Counted from the first letter of the stretch, positions 27,028 to 35,964 are shown. The stretch: DNA of 64,000 bases from Patescibacteria group bacterium (GCA_022710775.1 JAKLGH010000005.1:9260-73259), one strand, 5' to 3'. Numbers and translations are program-made. The notes: generated by a model from the letters alone, not told the origin.

Positions 27028-27414
27028 TCAATCAAAGATTTCAGTTATGTAAATCAGGTTGATGTCGAAAAGCTCGCCAAACTCATGGAGTTCCTCTATC
27101 GCTATGGTTTCCAGTTTTTCGCAAAATATACTGCAGAACATTTCGCTTCTGCCGCGGGCTAGTCCGTATATCGACGGGAATATGGCCATCAGAATCCGGT
27201 CATCTTTCCCGAATTCGAACGGACCGATATGTTTCTTTTGCGGAATCACCAGCGAGTAATAAGGCCAGGGAGCCATAGGGCCGCTGATCTCGCCGGAATA
27301 TTTAATTTTTACGGGCTTGGCAAGGCGGGAAGAGAAATTTTCTTTTAAATGGTTTAAAAGATCAAGAATGCCGTTTGTCTTAAGCCTCATTGTTCCGGTT
27401 TTGATTTCAACCAT
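27028..27414 (-). CDS. hypothetical protein (128 aa)
   Basis: Intact ORF with AGGAGG upstream and a hairpin terminator downstream (26985-27010). Confidence 0.5.
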   Translation of the reverse strand: MVEIKTGTMRLKTNGILDLLNHLKENFSSRLAKPVKIKYSGEISGPMAPWPYYSLVIPQKKHIGPFEFGKDDRILMAIFPSIYGLARGRSEMFCSIFCEKLETIAIEELHEFGELFDINLIYITEIFD

Positions 27415-27533
27415 TCTTCATACCTCCTTTTTCAAAGGGCTTTTACTGATCGCTAAATGACACAAAAAAATAATTAAATCAAGCTTTTAAAAAAATTCTT
27501 TCCCGTATTCCTGTTCTTTATTGTTTAGCTTTT

Positions 27534-27908
27534 TTAAATCTTAGGGCAGGCCAAATCAAGCTTCTTGTAGGGAAGAGGAAAGAGTTTAATTGTTTCCCCA
27601 AGCAGTCTTTTCATTGCCGCGAGCCAGTGGCGTTGGAATATCAATGCCATATCCTCTGAGCTTTTCGGCTGGAAAATGCCTTTCATTTCATTTATCTGGA
27701 GCCTGATATCATCTCCGTTTTTTAGGACCGAATATTCGTTGCCGATCCTTGTTTTGCATAACTCGATGGCTTCTGCCAGGCGCGTATAGTGGACTGTTTG
27801 ATTGTGCATGAAGTTCACCAGCGCGATCACGTCTTCCTGCGGGACGAAAGATAAGCCGGTTGCCAAGCTTAAAACCGTTTCCGTTTTGAATGCCGTTGGT
27901 TTCATCAA
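27534..27908 (-). CDS. hypothetical protein (124 aa)
   Basis: Intact ORF with AGGAGG upstream. A TTGACT-17-TATTAT promoter-like sequence lies further upstream on the minus strand (about 27965-27996). Confidence 0.5.
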   Translation of the reverse strand: MMKPTAFKTETVLSLATGLSFVPQEDVIALVNFMHNQTVHYTRLAEAIELCKTRIGNEYSVLKNGDDIRLQINEMKGIFQPKSSEDMALIFQRHWLAAMKRLLGETIKLFPLPYKKLDLACPKI

Positions 27909-28127
27909 ATACCTCCTTGTAAATGATCGTCTGCGGGCGAGTGTGCCAAGGCTCGTCCAATCTTAAAATAATAAAATAATTAGGATACTTAGTCAAGCAT
28001 ATCCGCTAATTTGTCTAAAGCGCCAACACTTTTTAAAAATCAGATTTTGGCTAATTTTAAGCAAAAAAAGCTTACAGAGTCCCGGTCTCTGTTAAATTGG
28101 CATAGGTATGCCAGGCGAATTTGTCTG

Positions 28128-28156
28128 TTGACAAAATATTTTAAGTATTGTATTAT
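28128..28156 (+). promoter_or_regulatory. sigma70-type promoter of the TPM-domain gene
   Basis: TTGACA (28128-28133), 17 nt spacer, TATTAT (28151-28156). Confidence 0.55.
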
Positions 28157-28199
28157 TACGACGAAAACCAGCTCATCTAAAACTTAAAAGGTGAAAGAG

Positions 28200-29960
28200 A
28201 TGAAAAGCAAAATCGGATGGAATCCGGTCTTAAGCGTGCTTGCTGTTTTTTTTATCGTGGCAAGCGCTGTATCGGCTGTCAGTTACCCCCCAGCAATTAG
28301 CGGTCAATTTTTGTACGACAAGGCGGGAAAGCTGTCCGCGCCGGAATTTACGGATTTGAATAACAGGTTGATCGATTATCAACAAAAGACCACCAATGAG
28401 ATTGCGGTTGTTACGACCCAAGATCTTCAGGGACAATCTTTGGGCAATTACGCCAAGGGCTTGTTCAATGAATGGGGAGTGGGGCGGCGCGACGTTAACA
28501 ACGGAGTGCTTATCCTGCTTTCCTTGGATACGGCCGACCGGGGCGTTTGGATCCAGCCGGGTGACGGAGTTGATGGTTATTTTGACGAAGAATCGATCGC
28601 CGGCGAAATGATCCCGTATTTTAAAAGCCAAGAATGGGCGAGCGGGCTTGATGCCGGCGTTGAAGCGGTAATGGATAGCATGCCGACAAACTGGCCCGCA
28701 GCTTCAGCGGCAGCGGTTCCGGCGGCAGACCACAGTTCGCAACCATACCAACCAACGGCCAGCTCGCCGTCAAATGACAGCAGTGGCGGGTCAACGATAG
28801 TCTATGTAGTAGTAGTCGTCGTCGGTGGCATACTTTTACTGTTAATCGGAAAATCGATATTGTCATCAAGGGCTGAGGCAAAAAGAGAGGCCGAAAGAAA
28901 AGCCCAAGCCGCGGCCGATTACCATAGAGAAAGCGTTGAGATGGCAGCGAGATTGAGAGATCTACTGGCAAAGCTGGAAGCGTCGATCGTTCCGGCCCAA
29001 ACAGCCTTGAATAGTTTAAGGAACAACCATCCGCAATCAGTTTGGGGGTCCCTGGTCAAGCCGTTCGAGGAGATCGATGTTCCTTTGCTAAATTCTCTGA
29101 AACTGGAAATCGATGTTGCCGAGGGAGACGCCAAGGAAAACCAAAAACCGGAAGAGGCCAGAAACGCCATTGGCGCCCTGATCCGCCGGTTAACCGGCCA
29201 TATCCAGGCTTGCGATCGTTTGATTGAGCAATCAGAACTGGCTGAACGGTCAAAAGCCGAGGCCAAAAGCGCCTTGGAGCATTTGCCCGAGCGGATCGAG
29301 GCAGCCGAAAAAGAGGCCAACCATCCGGATGTGGGCGATGAGCTAAGAGGCAAATTAGGCCTGGTCAAAGAGGCGTTTTTCAAAAGGCAGGCCGAGGTAT
29401 CCGGCAAGGGCGACAAGAGCATTGACTGGATTCAATTAAACGAATCCTTGAAGGTCATATCCGGAGATGTCGCCCAATCCGTATCTGAAGCCAGGTCTGA
29501 CAAGGAATTGGCTCAACGGGCTCGGATCGAGGGTCCGAAAATGCTGGCCGGTATCGATAAAATTATGGCGGAGCTTGATGAGAAAGAAAGAACATACGGA
29601 GCCTCGCGCAGCGCCCGAGCCGAAATCGAAACGGCACGTTCACAAATCGAACAGGCCCGCCAGTATTCCGGCAGCGATTCGACGGACTGGATGCAAGTGT
29701 ATCTGCTGATGAACTCGATCAACAGCCACAACGATGACGCTGATCGCGCCTACCGCGCGCATGTTCGGCGGATAGAGGAAGAAGCCGCGGAAAAGAAAAG
29801 AAAAGCCGACGAGGAAGCCAGGGCGGAGCGAAGACGCAGAGAATCGTCGTCATCGCCATTTAGCGGCGGCCATAGTGGCGGCAGAGGCGGCGGAGGTAGT
29901 TTTTCTTCCGGATTTAGCGGCGGCCATAGCGGCGGCAGAGGCGGCGGAAAAAATTTTTAA
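28200..29960 (+). CDS. TPM-domain membrane protein with long coiled-coil and Gly-rich tail
   Basis: Signal/TM, then a TPM phosphatase-like domain (YDKAGKLS..IAVVTT..NNGVLILLS..D.GVWIQPG), a central TM, a roughly 300-aa charged helical region, and GGHSGGRGGG x2 at the C-terminus. The ATG at 28200 follows AAGGTG. Confidence 0.75.
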   Translation: MKSKIGWNPVLSVLAVFFIVASAVSAVSYPPAISGQFLYDKAGKLSAPEFTDLNNRLIDYQQKTTNEIAVVTTQDLQGQSLGNYAKGLFNEWGVGRRDVNNGVLILLSLDTADRGVWIQPGDGVDGYFDEESIAGEMIPYFKSQEWASGLDAGVEAVMDSMPTNWPAASAAAVPAADHSSQPYQPTASSPSNDSSGGSTIVYVVVVVVGGILLLLIGKSILSSRAEAKREAERKAQAAADYHRESVEMAARLRDLLAKLEASIVPAQTALNSLRNNHPQSVWGSLVKPFEEIDVPLLNSLKLEIDVAEGDAKENQKPEEARNAIGALIRRLTGHIQACDRLIEQSELAERSKAEAKSALEHLPERIEAAEKEANHPDVGDELRGKLGLVKEAFFKRQAEVSGKGDKSIDWIQLNESLKVISGDVAQSVSEARSDKELAQRARIEGPKMLAGIDKIMAELDEKERTYGASRSARAEIETARSQIEQARQYSGSDSTDWMQVYLLMNSINSHNDDADRAYRAHVRRIEEEAAEKKRKADEEARAERRRRESSSSPFSGGHSGGRGGGGSFSSGFSGGHSGGRGGGKNF

Positions 29961-29984
29961 AAAAGTTAAGTCGATTTATTTATG

Positions 29985-30013
29985 CTCCTGGCTGATGCCG
30001 GGAGTTTTATTTT
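29985..30013 (+). terminator. rho-independent terminator
   Basis: CTCCTGGC-TGAT-GCCGGGAG hairpin followed by TTTTATTTT. Confidence 0.7.
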
Positions 30014-30120
30014 GGGTTTAATATTTAAAGCAATTTTTATAAGCAGTTGCTTTTTATAAGTGGTTGCTTTTTTACCGGGTTTATTGTAGCTTTGGCCTGG
30101 CTATTTAAAAAGGTGGTTTA

Positions 30121-30759
30121 ATGGTTAGAGCGGAAATATTAGAAACGAAAAAAACCTACGATTTGATCGCGCAAGGTTATTCCGCCAGCGTCGACCGGAC
30201 TTTGGCCGGATCGGTCGGCGAATTCGAGCATGGGCTCCTCGATTATTTTATCGGAATGCTGCCCGGTTTGATAGTGCTTGATTTAGGATGCGGAAACGGC
30301 AAAGATGCGGCCTATTTGAGTTCAAAGAAAATAAGCGCAATCGGAGCTGACTATTCGCGCGGAATGCTGGGCGTTGCCAAGGAGAAGCATGAAAATGTTT
30401 CATTCGTCCAAATGGACATGCGGCGGCTAGGCGTAAAAAGCGGAAGAATTTCGGGCGTTTGGGCGAACGGCTGCGTGTATCACGTGCCCAAGACTGATTT
30501 TGCCGAAGTTCTTTTAGAGATTGAAAAGGCCCTTGGTGGCGATGGGATTTTTTCCTTTAATTTTAAGATAGGGGAAGGCGAGGGCTTGGAAGAGCGGCCC
30601 AGGTCTTTTGGCGGCGGTTCGCGTTATTACGCATATTATAAGGTACCTGAGATGATAGGAATGCTGGAAGATTCGGGTTTGGAATTGGTGATTCTGCGGG
30701 CGTATCCGGAAAAAATATTCGGAGAAACGATCGTGCATTTTTACGCGAGAAAACCATAA
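30121..30759 (+). CDS. class I SAM-dependent methyltransferase
   Basis: Motif I VLDLGCGNGKDA and post-I D at GADYS. AAGGTGG Shine-Dalgarno. Confidence 0.75.
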   Translation: MVRAEILETKKTYDLIAQGYSASVDRTLAGSVGEFEHGLLDYFIGMLPGLIVLDLGCGNGKDAAYLSSKKISAIGADYSRGMLGVAKEKHENVSFVQMDMRRLGVKSGRISGVWANGCVYHVPKTDFAEVLLEIEKALGGDGIFSFNFKIGEGEGLEERPRSFGGGSRYYAYYKVPEMIGMLEDSGLELVILRAYPEKIFGETIVHFYARKP

Positions 30760-30783
30760 CGGCGAACAAGCGCCGTTTTTTTT
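30760..30783 (+). terminator. rho-independent terminator
   Basis: CGGCG-AACAAG-CGCCG followed by T8. Confidence 0.6.
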
Positions 30784-30831
30784 ATGCAAAAACCCCGCGC
30801 TTGCGGAGTTTTTGCTGGCAATAAATAATTG

Positions 30832-31560
30832 TTAGTCCTTTGTTCTGGTTGAAAAATGCTTTTTATCGAGAAGCAAAAGAAGGATGACCGCTAGAGAAAA
30901 TCCCAGGCTTAGTAAGTTTATAGCAACCGAGAAAACCATCGATTCTCCGAGAAAGTTATCTATTGTGGCAAGGGGAAGCAAAATAGTATTGCCCATTGTC
31001 AATATGTTGATAGCCATCAATGCAATAGCCGTTTTCCGCCAATTATTGTTAAGCTTTAATATTTTCCGGCCGGCCATTATCAGAATAAAGGCTAAACCGC
31101 CGATAATAATGGCGCCGGTCGTGGAAATAAAAAGGAAGTCTAAATTGAAAGTGATCAGTTCGGCGTTGGCCAGGCAGGTTGGAGCGTTTTGGGCCGCTTC
31201 ATTGTAAAATAAATCAGGACAGCCCAAGTCGTAAAAAAATGATTGGAATAAGGCGACCAAGCCTTTTAATAAAGCAAAAATCGTAGCGTAGGCCGCCAAA
31301 AAAACCAGCAAGGATTGTTTTAAGAGCCGGATCTTTTGCCGGGCAAAAAAAGGCAAGCCGGCCAAAAAGGAAAAGACGGCAATGATTAAGGCGATAGACG
31401 CCAGACCGTAAACCAGAGGCAGGGCTTCGGCTTTCAATTCCTGCCCCGGCGGGATGCTAAAAAGAGAATAAATAAACGCGGCAGTTATACAAACACCCAG
31501 GCCGATCAGCAGCCACGCCGCGATCTTGGTTTTAACGGGAACAGGAGAGTTGTTGTCCAT
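30832..31560 (-). CDS. polytopic membrane protein, unknown function (242 aa)
   Basis: About 7 hydrophobic helices. No family recognised. Confidence 0.55.
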   Translation of the reverse strand: MDNNSPVPVKTKIAAWLLIGLGVCITAAFIYSLFSIPPGQELKAEALPLVYGLASIALIIAVFSFLAGLPFFARQKIRLLKQSLLVFLAAYATIFALLKGLVALFQSFFYDLGCPDLFYNEAAQNAPTCLANAELITFNLDFLFISTTGAIIIGGLAFILIMAGRKILKLNNNWRKTAIALMAINILTMGNTILLPLATIDNFLGESMVFSVAINLLSLGFSLAVILLLLLDKKHFSTRTKD

Positions 31561-31716
31561 ATTGTTTTTTTGTATTCTTTTTATTGCTTATTATATCATT
31601 TTTCTTACGTTAAGATCGGGGTTGCTGACCAATATTTTTCTTTTTCCGCTAAAAAAATGATATAATCAGGTAAGTTTTGCCGTTTTTATCGGCGATTTAT
31701 TGTTTTTAGGCAACAC

Positions 31717-32913
31717 ATGGATACTTATCTGGCATTATCGGGATTAAGTTTGATCGTGCTCGTTTCTTATGTTTTTAATTGGATATCGGGAAAGACCAAA
31801 ATTCCCTCGGTTTTGCTGTTAATGGCGATGGGCGCGGGATTGAAGCCGTTTATGGAGAACTTGTTTCCCGGCGGCAAGGAGAGTATTGGTTGGATGTTGG
31901 GGTTTACGGGTACCTTGGGATTGGTTTTCATCGTTTTGGAAGCGTCGCTTGATTTGGGCTTGGCCAAGAAAAAAATCGGCACGATTCGAAAAGCGTTTAA
32001 CGTTTCCTTCGCCGCGCTTGTGGTTACGGCCGCGGCAATCTCGGCAATTTTTGTTTTCGGTTACGGCATAAACATCGCGTCGGCGATCGCTTACGCGATA
32101 CCTTTGTCGGTGATCAGCAGTGCCATTGCCATTCCCGCTTCGATCAATCTTCCTGTTTCAAAAAGGGAATTCGTCGTTTATGAATCGACTTTTTCCGATA
32201 TTCTTGGAATCCTGGCTTTTAATTATTTCGTGCTGGCGGGCCTAGATTTACCCGGTACGATTTTTAGGCTGGTAGAAGATTTTTCTGCAATACTACTGCT
32301 CGTTTTTTTATTTATCTTGGTTATGTTGCTGGCGATGCATTATGTAAATTCAAACTTGAAACTGATACCGATTTTGGCGGCATTGCTGGCGGCTTATTCG
32401 GCGGCAAAAATCGTCCATTTGCCGGCGTTGCTGTTGGTGCTGGTTTTCGGGTTGGTGCTAAGAAACATCGGCGCTTTAAAACACCTGAAATGGTTTCTCA
32501 ATATGCCAAAACTTGACCAAACAACCGACCAGCTGAAAACAATAGTTGTCGAACTTTCTTTTTTAATCAGGACTTTTTTCTTCACTTTGTTTGGCTACAC
32601 ATTGAGCCTGTCGGGCATTGAAGGGCGCGCTTTTTGGCTGGGAGCGCTGGTTTTTGCCGTGATTATGGTTGCCAGGCAATTCGCCCTCTATTATCTGCTA
32701 AAGAATAATTTTGTCCATGAGTTGATGATGGGCCCGAGGGGGCTTGTTACCGTTATATTATTCTTTTCCATTCCCGAAAACCTAAAAATAGCGGCCGCCG
32801 GTGAATCGGTGGTTTATCTAGTGGTTATTCTGAGTAATTTTGCAATGATGGTTCTGTTTCTGTTTTACAAAGAGCCGTATCGGGAAACGCCATCCATGCT
32901 TGCCGGCAATTAA
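31717..32913 (+). CDS. cation:proton antiporter (CPA / Na+-H+ exchanger family)
   Basis: 398 aa with about 11 TM helices. General resemblance to the Na_H_Exchanger family. An extended -10 TGATATAAT lies upstream (about 31660). Confidence 0.6.
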   Translation: MDTYLALSGLSLIVLVSYVFNWISGKTKIPSVLLLMAMGAGLKPFMENLFPGGKESIGWMLGFTGTLGLVFIVLEASLDLGLAKKKIGTIRKAFNVSFAALVVTAAAISAIFVFGYGINIASAIAYAIPLSVISSAIAIPASINLPVSKREFVVYESTFSDILGILAFNYFVLAGLDLPGTIFRLVEDFSAILLLVFLFILVMLLAMHYVNSNLKLIPILAALLAAYSAAKIVHLPALLLVLVFGLVLRNIGALKHLKWFLNMPKLDQTTDQLKTIVVELSFLIRTFFFTLFGYTLSLSGIEGRAFWLGALVFAVIMVARQFALYYLLKNNFVHELMMGPRGLVTVILFFSIPENLKIAAAGESVVYLVVILSNFAMMVLFLFYKEPYRETPSMLAGN

Positions 32914-32998
32914 ACAAACAAAAACGCGTTTCAATAAAAAACGTAACTCTGTCGCGGTTGCTTTGGGTAATGTTTCGTGGTATCGTGTAAACGTTTTG

Positions 32999-33074
32999 GC
33001 CCTCGTAGTTTAATGGATAAAATGCGAGGTTGCGGACCTTGCGACTACAGGTTCGATTCCTGTCGAGGGCACCA
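32999..33074 (+). tRNA. tRNA-Arg (anticodon GCG), CCA encoded
   Basis: Acceptor GCCCTCG/CGAGGGC, anticodon stem CGAGG/CCTTG, loop TTGCGGA, T-arm ACAGG-TTCGATT-CCTGT, then ACCA. Confidence 0.85.
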
Positions 33075-33138
33075 TAAATTACCAATGGTTTGGTGCGGCC
33101 AATAACAAGCGAAAACCATAATGCCAAAGAAATGGTGA

Positions 33139-33176
33139 GTCAGGGAACCATTCGATTCCTGTTGAGGGCATTCATT
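33139..33176 (+). pseudogene. degenerate duplicate of the tRNA-Arg 3' end (T-arm plus acceptor)
   Basis: TTCGATTCCTGTTGAGGGCA (33151-33170) matches the tRNA at 33052-33071 in 19 of 20 positions. Flanking similarity extends to about 35 nt. Confidence 0.5.
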
Positions 33177-33369
33177 CGTCACGTACGCTTCTTAGGCGGC
33201 AGAAGCAGGGTAAATCGATTAGTTATACGCAAATCAGGCTCCGGCAGCGGAGTCCTTTGGTTGTCTTGTAAGAAATTTTTTGATATGGTAAAACCGTAAA
33301 TTAAGCGGTATTTCGGCGTTTTGCCGGTACGCGGAGGATAAAGAAAATATACCAACGATAAGTTTAATT

Positions 33370-34500
33370 ATGGCCATCAAAGAAAAACCGGTAGTAACAT
33401 TTGCGCGATGGGGGAATTATACGATTGCTTTTAAGGGGCTGTTCGAACAGCTTGGCATGAAAGTCATCCTGCCGCCAAAAACCAATCCGTCAATCGTTTC
33501 GGAAGGGGCTAAAATAGCGCCGGAGCTTTTTTGTTTTCCAATGAAGGTTACGCTTGGCGGCTATCTTGCCGTCATCAAGCAAGGAGTCAATACCATTTTA
33601 AGCATGCAGAACGTCGGCGGTTCCTGCCGCCAGAAATATTACGGATTGATCCAGGAAAAAGTTCTGAAAGACGGCGGATATGAAGTGAAATTTGTCGATT
33701 TTCGCGCGACGCCCCGCGATATCTATAGAATGATCAAAGAAAACAGCGATGCTAGCGATAAGCAGATTGCCGCGGCCTTTTATGTTTTCTTCGAAAAACT
33801 TTTCCTCATTGAAAAGATAGAAAAGATCGCCCAAAAACTGCGGCCGCGGGAGATAAAAAAAGGAGGTACGGAAAAAATCGTGCGCGAGGGCCTGGCAGCG
33901 ATAGAAAAAACAGCAAACCTTAAAGATCTTCTCAAAGCGAAAAAAGAGATTTTATCACTACTTAACAAGGTGGAAATAGATAAAAATAAAGAAGTGTTCA
34001 AAGTCGGGATGATGGGAGAGATCTACACGGTGACCGATCCGTCCATCAATTTCGATTTGGAAGCAAAGCTCGGGCTGGACGGTATTGAGATCCACCGGCA
34101 GATGAATGTAAGCTATCATATGAAAAAATTGCTGTTTCCCTGGATAGACTGGGCGATCCAGCGGCGGATCAATCATTATCTCAAATCTACGGTAGGCGGA
34201 CACGGCCGCGACGCAATCAGCGAAATGCTAGATTTCGTCAAAGAGGATTTTGACGGCGTGATCCAGATCTTGCCTTTCGGTTGCATGCCCGAGGTTACCG
34301 TGCGTCCGATCTTGGAAAAGATCAGGCAGGAGAATAACATTCCCTTTCTTTCTTTGTCGCTTGACGAGCAAGTAGCCGAGGCCGGAATCAATACGCGCCT
34401 GGAGGCTTTTGCCGACGTGGTTAAGAATTACCATTTTAAAAAACAAAAAAATCTTAAGCGGCAAGAAAACCTTAAACCCCTTAACGAAAAAATCATATGA
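33370..34500 (+). CDS. acyl-CoA dehydratase activase-associated (DUF2229-like) protein
   Basis: 376 aa. The N-terminus (..FARWGNYTIAFKGLFEQLGMKVILPP..ELFCFPMK) is as I remember for the partner domain of BcrAD/BadFG activases. 4-nt ATGA overlap with the next gene. Confidence 0.5.
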   Translation: MAIKEKPVVTFARWGNYTIAFKGLFEQLGMKVILPPKTNPSIVSEGAKIAPELFCFPMKVTLGGYLAVIKQGVNTILSMQNVGGSCRQKYYGLIQEKVLKDGGYEVKFVDFRATPRDIYRMIKENSDASDKQIAAAFYVFFEKLFLIEKIEKIAQKLRPREIKKGGTEKIVREGLAAIEKTANLKDLLKAKKEILSLLNKVEIDKNKEVFKVGMMGEIYTVTDPSINFDLEAKLGLDGIEIHRQMNVSYHMKKLLFPWIDWAIQRRINHYLKSTVGGHGRDAISEMLDFVKEDFDGVIQILPFGCMPEVTVRPILEKIRQENNIPFLSLSLDEQVAEAGINTRLEAFADVVKNYHFKKQKNLKRQENLKPLNEKII

Positions 34501-35465
34501 AATGCTATTTAGGAATCGATGTCGGGTCAATTTCCACTAACTTCGTATTGATAAACGAAGCCGGCGAAGTGGTTTACTCTCTTTATATCCGGACGGAAGG
34601 AAATCCGATCAAGGCCGTCCAGGCCGGGCTTACGATGCTTAAGCAAAGCCTTAAGGAAAAAAAGATAGAGGTTGAGGTTGCCGGAGTTGGAGCAACCGGT
34701 TCGGCGCGCTACTTGGTTGGCGCGATTACCGGCGCGGATCTTATGAAAAACGAGATTACGGCGCACGCCCGGGGAGCTTCCCATTTTGTGCCCGGGTTGC
34801 GCACGATCTTAGAGATCGGCGGCCAGGATTCCAAGATCATTATCCTGGAAGACGGGGCCAGCGTGGATTTCGCCATGAACCTTATCTGTTCGGCCGGAAC
34901 CGGCGCGTTTTTGGACGCCCAGGCCAACCGTTTAAAAATTCCCATCGAACAATTCGGTCCGCTTGCTTTAAAATCAAAAAAACCAACCCAGCTTGGAGCC
35001 CGGTGCACGGTATTTTGCGAATCAGACATGATCCATAAGCAGCAGATCGGCCATAAGACCGAGGATATCATCGCCGGTCTCTGCCACGGGTTGGTCCGCA
35101 ATTTCCTTTCCAGCGTGGCTAAAGGTAAAAATATCAAATCAAAGATCGTTTTCCAAGGCGGAGTTTCCGAAAATCCCGGCATTAAAAAAGCGTTCGAGGA
35201 CGCGCTGCAGGAAGAGGTGATCATTCCGCCCTACAATACCGTAATGGGAGCCGTGGGGTCGGCATTGCTGGTGCGCGATAATCCGCCCGAACATACCAGG
35301 TTTTTGGGCTTTGACATTACCGAACGCGATATCCGGTGCACGGCTTTCAATTGCGGCGGCTGCCCGAACAACTGCGAAGTGATCGAAGCGCGGATCGACA
35401 ATAAGATCGCGGCCCGGTGGGGCGACCGCTGCGGAAAGTGGTCCAGCCAAAAGCCCGAAATTTAA
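34497..35465 (+). CDS. BadF/BadG/BcrA/BcrD-type ATPase (CoA-substrate-specific enzyme activase, HgdC-like)
   Basis: Actin-fold phosphate motifs LGIDVGSISTN and EIGGQDSKII. Cys-rich C-terminus (CTAFNCGGCPNNC). Confidence 0.75.
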   Translation: MKCYLGIDVGSISTNFVLINEAGEVVYSLYIRTEGNPIKAVQAGLTMLKQSLKEKKIEVEVAGVGATGSARYLVGAITGADLMKNEITAHARGASHFVPGLRTILEIGGQDSKIIILEDGASVDFAMNLICSAGTGAFLDAQANRLKIPIEQFGPLALKSKKPTQLGARCTVFCESDMIHKQQIGHKTEDIIAGLCHGLVRNFLSSVAKGKNIKSKIVFQGGVSENPGIKKAFEDALQEEVIIPPYNTVMGAVGSALLVRDNPPEHTRFLGFDITERDIRCTAFNCGGCPNNCEVIEARIDNKIAARWGDRCGKWSSQKPEI

Positions 35466-35595
35466 TTAATTTGTAGACCCCGGGACAAGCCCTTGGAACA
35501 AATTAATGAAGAGTCCAGAGGAAACATCCTCTGGTCGCCGCCCGGGGGTTCGTACCCCGGGAGGCGAAATACCGATAGAAAAATATAAATTCGAT
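35465..35595 (+). repeat. structured intergenic element, copy 1 (131 nt)
   Basis: Nearly identical to 37225-37354 (one substitution, one 1-nt indel). Three predicted stem-loops. Confidence 0.85.
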
Positions 35596-35622
35596 TTAAC
35601 AACCGTTAAGAAAAAACAAAAC

Positions 35623-35964
35623 ATGGTCAATCGTTACGAATTCGGCCTTATGGCCATTAACGGCAAGGAGTATTCGCAGGATATCGCGGTTTTTTGGGAC
35701 GGGGAAGTGGAAAATTGGCTTAGGGCTGAATCCCATAGCGTGGGTGTCGGCGATGTCGAGCTGGCGATCAGCAAGAATCCGGAGATCATCGTTGTCGGTA
35801 CGGGCGCCGATGGCGTCGTTAATGTCTCCAGGGAAGCGACCAAAGCGATCATCGATAAAGGGTTGAACTTGGTTATCGATAAAACCGGGAAAGCCGCTTC
35901 GGTCTTTAACGAGAACGCGGCGGAAGGAAAGCGGGTAGTCGGCTTGTTCCACCTTACTTGCTAG
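35623..35964 (+). CDS. MTH938/NDUFAF3-like (DUF498) domain protein
   Basis: INGKEYSQDIAVFWDG..PEIIVVGTGADGV..GLNLVIDKT pattern. The ATG at 35623 is preferred because 35506-35622 lies in the non-coding repeat. Confidence 0.65.
   Translation: MVNRYEFGLMAINGKEYSQDIAVFWDGEVENWLRAESHSVGVGDVELAISKNPEIIVVGTGADGVVNVSREATKAIIDKGLNLVIDKTGKAASVFNENAAEGKRVVGLFHLTC

Noticed and set aside
30040-30075. Direct repeat ATAAGCAGTTGCTTTTT / ATAAGTGGTTGCTTTTTT downstream of the TPM gene
   Set aside because: It is short and imperfect, sits just after a good terminator, and has no further support for function.
35465-35595. Assigning the repeated leader to a known riboswitch class (guanidine/ykkC-like CCCGGGAG, ZTP, c-di-GMP, fluoride)
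   Set aside because: Only short chance resemblances appear, and none of the remembered consensus cores fit. This needs an Rfam scan rather than a guess.
35506-35622. N-terminal extension of the MTH938-like ORF, and the 37253-37519 ORF sharing ..TPGGEIPIEKYKFD, as a possible conserved leader peptide
   Set aside because: The 1-nt indel between the two repeat copies shifts the frame upstream of this segment, so no common peptide spans the conserved 130 nt. Conservation is at the nucleotide or structure level.
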